Assembly: GCA_963674595.2 (NCBI GenBank)
Contig: CAXXFV010000023.1
Location: 352,001-416,000, forward strand
From: a bacterium
Lineage (GTDB): Bacteria > Zhuqueibacterota > Zhuqueibacteria > Residuimicrobiales > Krinioviventaceae
Direction of reading: 5' to 3'
DNA length: 64,000 nucleotides
Below are positions 1 to 8,592 of the stretch, one piece after another. Numbering within the stretch: the stretch's first letter is position 1; each line of letters starts with the position of its first letter. The translations under genes were made by a program, and so were the position numbers. Under the pieces are notes generated by a model. That model made no database searches. It saw only the letters and a program-made list of their open reading frames with translations, and was not told the DNA's origin.

Positions 1-507
1 GACGGCGCGTTTTTAGGCGATTGTGGTATCACCAGTATTTCCGCTGAGGATTCGGTCCATTATGAAATATTGGATACCGACTGGTCCGGCGGCGGAGCGT
101 ATACAGGTGATGGACCGCAATTGGCGAGTACATTATACGAAATTGATAAACCTGACCTTGCCTGGGACGTGTTAAAACGTCATTTCTGGATGGGAAAACG
201 GTTGATTTATTTCCCGCAGGAACATTATAGCGACAGGCCAATGGTGCCCGCACACAAACGCGCCAATGTTGTATCAGGTATTGCCGGCGCCGAAGCCACA
301 CTTTTTGGATTGATCGGGTTACAGCCGAACTATGATGGGCATTTATGGATTAATCCCCATCCGGTGAATGAGGGAACTGTCAAGATTCGGGGCTTTGGCT
401 ATAAAGGAGCCATGTTTGATATTGAACTGACATCGGATAAATTAGTTGTATTTCGAAACAACGAGCTTCTTTTTAAGGAGAGTCCGAAAAGAATTAGGAT
501 TATGTAA
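1..507 (+). CDS. C-terminal part of a six-hairpin glycosidase-like protein (MGH1/GH63-like), 5'-truncated by the window edge
   Basis: Frame 1 is open from base 1 (DGAFLGDCGITSIS...DWSGGGAYTG...YFPQEH...LFGLIGLQPNYDGHLWINP). The pattern resembles the end of an (alpha/alpha)6 barrel plus a beta-tail. Stop at 505-507. Confidence 0.55.
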   Translation, partial: DGAFLGDCGITSISAEDSVHYEILDTDWSGGGAYTGDGPQLASTLYEIDKPDLAWDVLKRHFWMGKRLIYFPQEHYSDRPMVPAHKRANVVSGIAGAEATLFGLIGLQPNYDGHLWINPHPVNEGTVKIRGFGYKGAMFDIELTSDKLVVFRNNELLFKESPKRIRIM

Positions 508-544
508 ATAAATAATTTTAATTATTTTATTTGGTGAGGTCGAC

Positions 545-1405
545 ATGAAAAAATTAATGTTATCAATCGTTTTACCGCTTTTAGTAATTTTAATAACTCC
601 GTATTTGTCCTTTGGAAAAACAGATAAACTTGATAAAGATTTTATCCTCGTAGCCCACCGGGGTGGTGTTGTAGATGAGAATACTTCAGAAAACAGCATA
701 AAAGGCTTGGAGGAGGCCATTAAGCGCGGTTATACCCATATTGAAATTGACGCCCGTGTAAGTAAGGATGGTCATGTTATTTGTTTTCATGATGAAAATT
801 TAAAGCGTGAAACAGGTATTGACAAAAATATTTCAGATTTGACATTAGAGGAAATTAAAAAAATAAAATTGTTACGCAGTGAAGAACAAATTCCGACATT
901 TCATGAATATTGTCAGAAATGTCAGGGGCGTATCAATGTTATGGTTGATACAAAAGGTGTTTCGGACAAATATGTGGAACGATACTGCCGTGAAATTGAG
1001 ACCGCTTTAGCAGATAACGGTCTGTTAAAGGATGCTCTTTTTATCATAAACATTGTACCCATACATAACCAGGAAAAAGTAGCATACTGGTTTGTCGGAA
1101 AATCTAAAGTCTGCTGGCGTGTCAGTTTGGAAAAGGCAAAAATTCTATTAAACACAATGCCCAAAGACATTGGTAAATATTATTATATATTCAATTATCC
1201 CCGACATTTTACTAAAGATGACATTCAAGGTTTCCACGAAATGGGATTAAAAGTCGTCCTTAGTGTAAACCTTTCCCATTATAAAACCGGAGATCCCCAG
1301 CAGCAAGGTTTGGATGATATTTGTAAAGCCCTTGATATGGGTGTAGACGGACTTCAAATTGATTCCTGCTATGATCCGATAATTTTACCGCTGCTTGCTA
1401 AATAA
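545..1405 (+). CDS. Exported glycerophosphodiester phosphodiesterase (GDPD) family protein
   Basis: GAGG RBS, signal peptide, VAHRG, ENS, EID, SKDG...FHD and C-terminal GVDG motifs. Confidence 0.88.
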   Translation: MKKLMLSIVLPLLVILITPYLSFGKTDKLDKDFILVAHRGGVVDENTSENSIKGLEEAIKRGYTHIEIDARVSKDGHVICFHDENLKRETGIDKNISDLTLEEIKKIKLLRSEEQIPTFHEYCQKCQGRINVMVDTKGVSDKYVERYCREIETALADNGLLKDALFIINIVPIHNQEKVAYWFVGKSKVCWRVSLEKAKILLNTMPKDIGKYYYIFNYPRHFTKDDIQGFHEMGLKVVLSVNLSHYKTGDPQQQGLDDICKALDMGVDGLQIDSCYDPIILPLLAK

Positions 1406-1732
1406 TATATAATGTTTAGCTGTGATTTGTAATGTCATGAAATGAGAATATATCAAGGGGGCATTTCTCATGATTTACATATCCGTTTGTTACTAAACTG
1501 GTAAATTATTCCTGTTTTGAAATGGAAAAAACTGTTAGCTAACGTGTGTTTTTTAGAGTACCTGTCATACTTGTTTTCAGATTAATACCTAAATGATGAT
1601 GTAATGGACTCGTTTCAATGAATGTAAAGCGTGTTATTCTGGATATTTGAAATAATCCAAGTCTGTAATAATTGTTCGATATAATTAGAAATTAGTGATT
1701 AATATAATATTTTTAACCCCGGAAAAATAAAA

Positions 1733-3418
1733 ATGAAAAAGAGATTTCTGCTCCTTTTTGTTTTCACATTTTTATTTTGTTCAAAAAATAGTGATGAAAA
1801 CAAAATTATTGCAACAGTTAAAGATCATAAAATTTCTGTTGCTGCTTTTGCCCGAAGTTATATTGACGAAATTCAATATACACCTGTAAATGTCCAGGAT
1901 TCTCAGGAATTAAGAGAAAAGCACCTTGGCGATATGATAACCCGGTATTTCCTTTCCCAAAACGCTTTAAAGGCCGGCTTGGATACGTTGGCAGTGTTTA
2001 AAAAAAACATATATGCCGAATCGACGGCTGTTATTATTCACGGTTTATATGAAAAAGAAATTGTCTCTAATTTTGACGAGATAACCGATGAACAAGTAAA
2101 AGAGGCTTTTAAAAAAATGCATTCTGAACTGCATATACGGCACCTCGTTTCATCGACCAAAGAGGGGATTGATTCATTATATCAGAAACTTGTAAATGGC
2201 GAGAGTTTTGAAACTTTGGCCAAAAAGTGTTTTCACGATTCTACGTTACAAAATAACGGAGGTGACCTGGGCTTTATAAAATGGGGTGATCTGGATATAG
2301 ATTTTGAAAACGTTGCTTATACATTGGGCATAGGAGAATTTTCAAAACCGGTTGAAACAAAATATGGATGGCATATTATTAAAGTAGACAATATCCTTGT
2401 AAATCCCATTGTCAGATATGATGAGTTTCAGGCCAGGGAAGAGAGTATCCGCAAACAGCTTTTAAATCGGCTTTTAATCAATAAAGCGGACCTTCGTATT
2501 AAAGAGTTAATGGAAAGCAAAAATGTCAACATGAATGTACCGTTAATTCAACTTTTGGAAAATGAGCGAAGACGAGTAAAATCAAAAATGAACAATAAAT
2601 TAGTTATAAGCCAGGATGAAATTATTTTACCAATGAAATCATTGCTTGAAAAGTACAAGAATGAATCCATCGCAACCTACGACGGGGGAAAATGGACCGT
2701 CGGAAACATGTTGGAGTATTTGCCTACCGTTGCCGGAGGATTTAACACCAATAGCGTTTATCGGACTGTTGCCATGACGTTACGTAATAATTTTTTATTA
2801 CAGATTGCAAAAGAGAAAAGAGTTGATAAAATTGTAAAAGTAAGAAATATGGTTGATGAAAAGCGAGAACGTTTATTGTCCTATATTTTTTTAAACATGT
2901 ATGCAGACACATGTTCCGTAACAGATAAAGAGGCTGAGGAATTTTACAATAAAAATTATAAACAGTATAATGACAAAAAAATGAGTGTTCTTGAGATTTT
3001 GGTGAAGACCGAAAAAAAGGCCAAAGAGATATTGAATACAATACTTGAATCTAACGAAGGCGAAAAGGCTTTTCGGGAATGTGCCGGAAAATATACCATA
3101 CGCAAAGGTATGAAGGAGAAGGAAGGATATTTGGGAATAATTAAAAAAACAGATTATGGTGAAATTGGTCGGGCATGTAATCGGCTTGAAAAAGGAAATT
3201 TAATGGGACCAATTAAAACCAAAGATGGTTATTCGATCGTCATGCTGGTTGATTATGCATACATTACAATACCCTATGAAAGTGTAAAAGAACAGATGAA
3301 AAAGTTGATTGACCAGAATAAGACAAGTTATGTTTTTCATATGTTTAAAGATGATTATTTAAAATCTCAAGCCCAGGACATAAAGGTTAATAACGATATT
3401 TTAAATAATATTTTTTAG
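1733..3418 (+). CDS. Parvulin-type peptidyl-prolyl isomerase (PrsA/SurA-like), probable lipoprotein
   Basis: Hydrophobic N-terminus ending in Cys. First rotamase domain GESFETLAK...GGDLGF...FSKPVETKYGWHII; second rotamase-like domain EGYLG...GPIKTKDGYSIV. Confidence 0.85.
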   Translation: MKKRFLLLFVFTFLFCSKNSDENKIIATVKDHKISVAAFARSYIDEIQYTPVNVQDSQELREKHLGDMITRYFLSQNALKAGLDTLAVFKKNIYAESTAVIIHGLYEKEIVSNFDEITDEQVKEAFKKMHSELHIRHLVSSTKEGIDSLYQKLVNGESFETLAKKCFHDSTLQNNGGDLGFIKWGDLDIDFENVAYTLGIGEFSKPVETKYGWHIIKVDNILVNPIVRYDEFQAREESIRKQLLNRLLINKADLRIKELMESKNVNMNVPLIQLLENERRRVKSKMNNKLVISQDEIILPMKSLLEKYKNESIATYDGGKWTVGNMLEYLPTVAGGFNTNSVYRTVAMTLRNNFLLQIAKEKRVDKIVKVRNMVDEKRERLLSYIFLNMYADTCSVTDKEAEEFYNKNYKQYNDKKMSVLEILVKTEKKAKEILNTILESNEGEKAFRECAGKYTIRKGMKEKEGYLGIIKKTDYGEIGRACNRLEKGNLMGPIKTKDGYSIVMLVDYAYITIPYESVKEQMKKLIDQNKTSYVFHMFKDDYLKSQAQDIKVNNDILNNIF

Positions 3419-3457
3419 TAACAATTAGTGTGTTTACAAAATAAAAATTTAAACTTG

Positions 3458-4717
3458 ATGAATAGAAGAGAATTTCTCAAAACGACAACGCTGTGTCTTG
3501 CCGGTTTAAACGTCAGGTTCGCATGCACAACAAAAAAGTACAATATCCGAACTTTGACGAGAGGCCCAAAACATCATTTCTTTGGTTATTATGGAATATG
3601 TCCATGGAACAAGTCTGAAACCTATTTACTTGGACTGGAAGCAGATTTTCAAAACCGTGAGCCAAGTACAAGTGATCGGGTTACCATCGGATTGATTGAC
3701 AATAAAAACGGCAAGTTTGAAAGGATTGCCGAAACCAATTCCTGGAATTTTCAACAGGGAGCCATGCTTCATTGGAATCCGTTAAATCCCGACTCGGAAA
3801 TTATTTATAATGATCGGGAAAATAACCAAATAGTATCAAAAGTTATGGACATAAACACAGGTAATACCCGTGTGTTGGACCGGGCTGTCAATGCCATAAG
3901 CCACAACGGTAGATATGCGCTGAGTTTAAGTTATGGAAGACTCGGTCGTCTTCGCAACGATGTTGCCTACTCTGGCGTAAGTGATCCAGGTATTTATGAG
4001 CCATATCCGGAAAATGACGGTGTGTATTTGACCGATTTAAAAAACGGTACGTCAAAATTAATAGTATCTATTGCAAAAGTTAATGAAATCCTTATGAATC
4101 GAGGTTTGGATTTAAAAGGAAGCCATATGTGGTTTAACCATGTTGTTTTTAATAAATCCGATTCTCGTTTTTTATTCCTTGCCAGAACATGGCGCCCCAA
4201 ACACCTTCCTCATCTTCGTGATTTAGCAACAGGTATGTATACTGCAAACATTGATGGATCAGATTTAAGAGAAACAATTCCTTTTGAGTATGGCGTTTCT
4301 CATTTTGACTGGCGGAATGATCATGACATTGTTGCCACGTTTCAGGATTTGAATGATAATAAAAGATTTAAGCATTTTATTTTTAAAGATGGAAGCAAGA
4401 CATACAACCTTGTGTCTCAAGAAAAATTAAATTTCGACGGACATTGCTCTTTTGCGCCAGATCAAACTCTGTTAGCGACGGATAGAAAAATTATAAAAGA
4501 TAATTATTACCGTCAGTATTTGTATATCTATGACATGCTGCAAAATAATCTTCAAAAGATTGTCGATTTTGATATGCAGGCAAAGAGAAACATTAAAGGT
4601 GTTCTAAGATGCGATTTCCATCCACGCTGGAACCACACCGGTGATACAATTTGTATAGATGGAATTGATCAGGACAATGGAACCCGGCAAATGTTTGCCA
4701 TAAGTTTGAATAATTGA
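3458..4717 (+). CDS. Tat-exported beta-propeller protein (TolB/oligogalacturonate-lyase-like)
   Basis: NRREFLK twin-arginine motif followed by FAC. HHFFGYY, WNFQQG and C-terminal RCDFHPRW motifs. Alternative GTG start at 3428. Confidence 0.7.
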   Translation: MNRREFLKTTTLCLAGLNVRFACTTKKYNIRTLTRGPKHHFFGYYGICPWNKSETYLLGLEADFQNREPSTSDRVTIGLIDNKNGKFERIAETNSWNFQQGAMLHWNPLNPDSEIIYNDRENNQIVSKVMDINTGNTRVLDRAVNAISHNGRYALSLSYGRLGRLRNDVAYSGVSDPGIYEPYPENDGVYLTDLKNGTSKLIVSIAKVNEILMNRGLDLKGSHMWFNHVVFNKSDSRFLFLARTWRPKHLPHLRDLATGMYTANIDGSDLRETIPFEYGVSHFDWRNDHDIVATFQDLNDNKRFKHFIFKDGSKTYNLVSQEKLNFDGHCSFAPDQTLLATDRKIIKDNYYRQYLYIYDMLQNNLQKIVDFDMQAKRNIKGVLRCDFHPRWNHTGDTICIDGIDQDNGTRQMFAISLNN

Positions 4718-4920
4718 TAATAATTGATAATATTTTTTGTTTATATGTGGTCTTTTAATTTTTCCATATAGCATATAAACAAAATAATATTAAATGATAG
4801 TAAAAGTCAACCTTGCTTTGGATGTGTATGGAAACTGCTTATAGAGCAAGGTCTGTTGTTTAGAACTGCAGATAAAACATTATTCTAAAGAAAATGGAAA
4901 AATTTTATTGTGAGGCAAGA

Positions 4921-5979
4921 ATGAAAAGTTTTCAACCAAACTATGAACATGTAGTGAATGCGGCGAGGAACATTAAACCGCAAAGATTGCCGCAATGTGA
5001 TTTCTGTTTTGATCTGGCTTTAATGGAAAAGGTTTTGGGGATTAAATTTGCCCATTTAAAGAACAGTAAAGAATTAGCGGACCGGAAAGAATTTGCCAAA
5101 CAATACACGAACGGTTTTCGCGTATTGGGTTACGATACGGTTGATTTTGAAGCGGTTTTTAGTGATGTAATAAACTATGCCCAATCGTTAAAGGGTTTAG
5201 TGCCTGGTCCGATACAAAATCGTGAGGATATGAAAAATTTTCATTGGGACGAACTGCCCACACTCTATTTTAAAAAATTTGATGAAACCATATCATTAAT
5301 TGTTGAAGCATTACCGGAAGGAATGAAGGCCGTAGGCGGAGTCGGTACCGGCATCTTTGAATCAGTTCAGGATTTGACAAGGTACCAGGAATTATGTTTT
5401 ATGATGTATGATGATCCGGAATTATATGCAAATTTGTTTGTAAAACTGGGTGATGCCCTGGTTGAAACCTGGCGACAATTTATGAAAAAGTATGGAGAGC
5501 ATTTTTGCGTACTCCGGTTTGGTGATGATTTGGGTTATAAAACATCCACATTAATAAGTGAAGATGATATTAAAACACATATAATTCCTCAATATGCCCG
5601 CATTGTTGATGTTATCCATTCTTATGACAGGCCGTTTCTATATCATTCCTGTGGATATGTTTTTAATGTTTTGGATGACATTATTGAAGGAGCAAAGATT
5701 GATGCCAAACATTCGAATGAAGATGCGATTGCTCCTTTTTCAGAATGGGTAGATAAATTCAGCAATAAAATCGGGCTTTTTGGCGGCATTGATATGAACG
5801 TCCTTGTATATGAAACACCATCATTTATTAAAAAATATACCAGAGAAGTTATTGATTGTGCTGTTGATAAAGGCGGTTTTGCATGTGGTTCCGGAAATTC
5901 ATTACCGGATTATATACCCCCGGAAAATTACAGAGCGATGATCGATACGATTCAGGAATATAGGAACATGTTTCAATAA
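4921..5979 (+). CDS. Uroporphyrinogen decarboxylase (URO-D)/MtaA-CmuA-like family protein
   Basis: GDDLG, YHSCG, FGGIDM and GSGNSLPDYIPPEN motifs. GAGG RBS before ATG 4921 (the ORF track starts at 4894). Confidence 0.8.
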   Translation: MKSFQPNYEHVVNAARNIKPQRLPQCDFCFDLALMEKVLGIKFAHLKNSKELADRKEFAKQYTNGFRVLGYDTVDFEAVFSDVINYAQSLKGLVPGPIQNREDMKNFHWDELPTLYFKKFDETISLIVEALPEGMKAVGGVGTGIFESVQDLTRYQELCFMMYDDPELYANLFVKLGDALVETWRQFMKKYGEHFCVLRFGDDLGYKTSTLISEDDIKTHIIPQYARIVDVIHSYDRPFLYHSCGYVFNVLDDIIEGAKIDAKHSNEDAIAPFSEWVDKFSNKIGLFGGIDMNVLVYETPSFIKKYTREVIDCAVDKGGFACGSGNSLPDYIPPENYRAMIDTIQEYRNMFQ

Positions 5980-6014
5980 ATTGAATATTATGATGTGTTA
6001 TTTAGGAATTATCA

Positions 6015-7127
6015 ATGAGAAAATCACTGGTTTTTTGCGTTTTATTTTTAGGCATATATAGCCATGGTTATAAAAGTATAGCTGGTGAAAAGGAAGTAGA
6101 TAAAATCTGGATTCATCCGCTTTGCAACACTTTACCATCAGACAAAGTTGGACCGTTTGTACGTCTTGAAGACGGTGGTATACTTACTGTTGACGGCAAA
6201 AATGCCTTGGTTAGTCATGATGGGGGCAAAACATGGACTTCTACACCTCTTTTTACTGGTCTTAAAGAGTACAAGGCTAATAAGGAATGTGCCTTGTTAC
6301 GCACGCAAGTGGGTGTAATTATACTCGCATTTTACAACTTGAATGAGATGCTTTGGACCTGGGATAAACGTCTCAATGAACTTGGCCCCGGTGCTCGTTT
6401 ACCGACTTGTGTCATACGCAGTCTTGATGAAGGAAAGACCTGGCAAGATTTGCAGATGCTTCATGAAGAATGGACAGGCGATATACGCGACATGATAGAA
6501 ACAAGCGATGGGCGTGTTATTTTTACATCTCAAAAGGCATTGATGAATCCGACAAGAAACGTCACTATTACCTATTCATCAGATGATCAGGGGGAAACCT
6601 GGGTGCCCGGTAATCTTATTGATCTAGGTGGAAAGGGTGATCATGCCGGCGCTTATGAAGCTACGATTGAGGAGTTAAACGATGGACGGATATGGATGCT
6701 TATTCGAACAAATTTAGACAGATTTTGGGAAGCATTCTCTGATGATGGCGGGAAATACTGGCGTGTCATTCGACCATCGAACATAAAAGCCAGCAGTGCG
6801 CCTGGTATGCTTAAGCGACTTTCCAGTGGCAGGCTGGTGCTTGTGTGGAATCGCTTATATCCGGAGGGAAAAGATAGTTATAAACGCAAAGGTGGTGATG
6901 GCATAACCTCTGAAGTTGCGGCAAGTTGGCATCGTGAAGAGTTATCCATTGCTTTCTCTAAAGATGAAGGAAAGACGTGGAGTAAACCTGTTGTCATTGC
7001 AAAAAAACCGGAAGCATGGTTGTCATATCCATATATCTTTGAGTATCAGCCCGGTGAATTGTGGATTACAACCACGCAGGCTGATGTCCGGATCAAACTA
7101 TCTGAAGAAAAATTTGTTGAACTATAG
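6015..7127 (+). CDS. Exported BNR/Asp-box sialidase-like (GH33-like) protein
   Basis: Signal peptide, five Asp-boxes (SHDGGKTW, SLDEGKTW, SDDQGETW, SDDGGKYW, SKDEGKTW) and C-terminal SYP. Confidence 0.8.
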   Translation: MRKSLVFCVLFLGIYSHGYKSIAGEKEVDKIWIHPLCNTLPSDKVGPFVRLEDGGILTVDGKNALVSHDGGKTWTSTPLFTGLKEYKANKECALLRTQVGVIILAFYNLNEMLWTWDKRLNELGPGARLPTCVIRSLDEGKTWQDLQMLHEEWTGDIRDMIETSDGRVIFTSQKALMNPTRNVTITYSSDDQGETWVPGNLIDLGGKGDHAGAYEATIEELNDGRIWMLIRTNLDRFWEAFSDDGGKYWRVIRPSNIKASSAPGMLKRLSSGRLVLVWNRLYPEGKDSYKRKGGDGITSEVAASWHREELSIAFSKDEGKTWSKPVVIAKKPEAWLSYPYIFEYQPGELWITTTQADVRIKLSEEKFVEL

Positions 7128-7229
7128 TGATTTGGTGAGTTCTTTTGTCTCGTCAGTACATGAAATAAAAAAATATATTTTAACAAAAGTATCTAAAAAT
7201 AAAAAAGATTAAATAAATGGAATGGAAAA

Positions 7230-8489
7230 TTGAATAATATGATTTATCGAAAATATTTTATTAATGTTAAAATTTTGATTAAAAGTTTTCTAGTCATTCT
7301 AGTCATTTCTTTTAGTAGTTTGACTCTGGCTGAATCACCGGATTGTCAATATATACCAGGACGAATCATTTTGAACATAACTGAAAATCCTGCTGTCAGC
7401 CAATCGGTTGCATGGCGTACTGACGGACAGATAACAAATCCGCAGGCACAGATTTCAATTCCAACTGATGCCTCGGACCTGGTCACAGGAAGCAAAACAT
7501 TTTATGCAACGACTGAAGCGGTTCAGATAGACAGTGAACGAACAGCTTATCATTATACAGTTGTTTTTGATTCGCTAAAGTCGAGTACACTTTACGCTTA
7601 TCGGGTTGGTGTTGAAGACCATTGGAGTGAATGGAATCACTTTAAAACAGCAAATGAAAAATTTGAACCCTATAAATTTGTATACCTTGGTGATCCTCAG
7701 GATGAAGTCAAGTCCATGTGTTCCCGGATTTTTCGTGAATCCTTTAAAAAAGCCCCTGACGCGCGATTTTGGATTATCGGTGGCGATATTGTAAATAAAA
7801 CAGACAAGGATAATGAATGGGGCGAATTTTATTACGCAATGGATTGGATCGCAAAAGTAACACCGCAAGTAATCGTATGCGGTAATCATGCATTTCCCAG
7901 AAAATATGTTAACGGTAAACGTGTTGTTGAATTGTCCCCTTTGTGGCGTCCTCAATTCAAACTTCCTGAAAACGGACCTGATGTAGTAAAAGAAACAGCT
8001 TACTATTATGATTATCAAGGCGTTCGATATATAGTTTTAAACGGAAGAATCGAACTGGATGTACAAGCCCAATGGCTGGAACAGGTTTTAAAAGAAAATA
8101 CACAGCGATGGACGATTGTTTCTATACACCAACCCTGTTATTCAACAGGGTCCGATCGTGACATCCCGCATCAACGTAAACTATTACCGCCTATATTTGA
8201 TAAATATTCCGTCGATCTTGTTTTGTCGGGTCATGATCATGCTTATGGACGTAGTTATAAACTTTATGATGCCAAAGTTGTCAAAGATAATGAAAAAGGA
8301 ACAGTTTATGTGTCGTCTGTCTGTGGACCAAAAGCTTACGAAATAAATAAAAATTTTACACACTTAATGGCAAAATCCGGAACAGACCGTCAGTTATTTC
8401 AGGTCATTAGTATCGATTATAATCGTTTGAAATATGAAGCGTTTAATGCTATTGGAGAATTGTACGATTCTTTTGAATTGGTAAAATGA
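7230..8489 (+). CDS. Exported purple-acid-phosphatase-like metallophosphoesterase with N-terminal FN3-like domain
   Basis: GDPQ, GGDIV, GNH, SIHQP and SGHDH calcineurin-like motifs; YAYRVG...WSEW FN3-like segment. Start is TTG 7230 or ATG 7239. Confidence 0.85.
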   Translation: MNNMIYRKYFINVKILIKSFLVILVISFSSLTLAESPDCQYIPGRIILNITENPAVSQSVAWRTDGQITNPQAQISIPTDASDLVTGSKTFYATTEAVQIDSERTAYHYTVVFDSLKSSTLYAYRVGVEDHWSEWNHFKTANEKFEPYKFVYLGDPQDEVKSMCSRIFRESFKKAPDARFWIIGGDIVNKTDKDNEWGEFYYAMDWIAKVTPQVIVCGNHAFPRKYVNGKRVVELSPLWRPQFKLPENGPDVVKETAYYYDYQGVRYIVLNGRIELDVQAQWLEQVLKENTQRWTIVSIHQPCYSTGSDRDIPHQRKLLPPIFDKYSVDLVLSGHDHAYGRSYKLYDAKVVKDNEKGTVYVSSVCGPKAYEINKNFTHLMAKSGTDRQLFQVISIDYNRLKYEAFNAIGELYDSFELVK

Positions 8490-8592
8490 AATATTTAGAA
8501 TTTATATATATTTAAATGAAATTTTAATAATTAATTTAACCGATTTTTTTTATTTACACCCATAACTATTAGTATTTTTAAAGGAGATAAGT

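Noticed and set aside
1534-1543. Palindrome gttagctaac as a LacI-type operator
   Set aside because: Only 10 bp, lacks the usual central CG, no second copy noticed, and no regulator gene is in the window.
4711-4730. Tandem duplication (taattgataa)x2 at a stop codon
   Set aside because: Two-copy AT-rich micro-duplication with no coding consequence.
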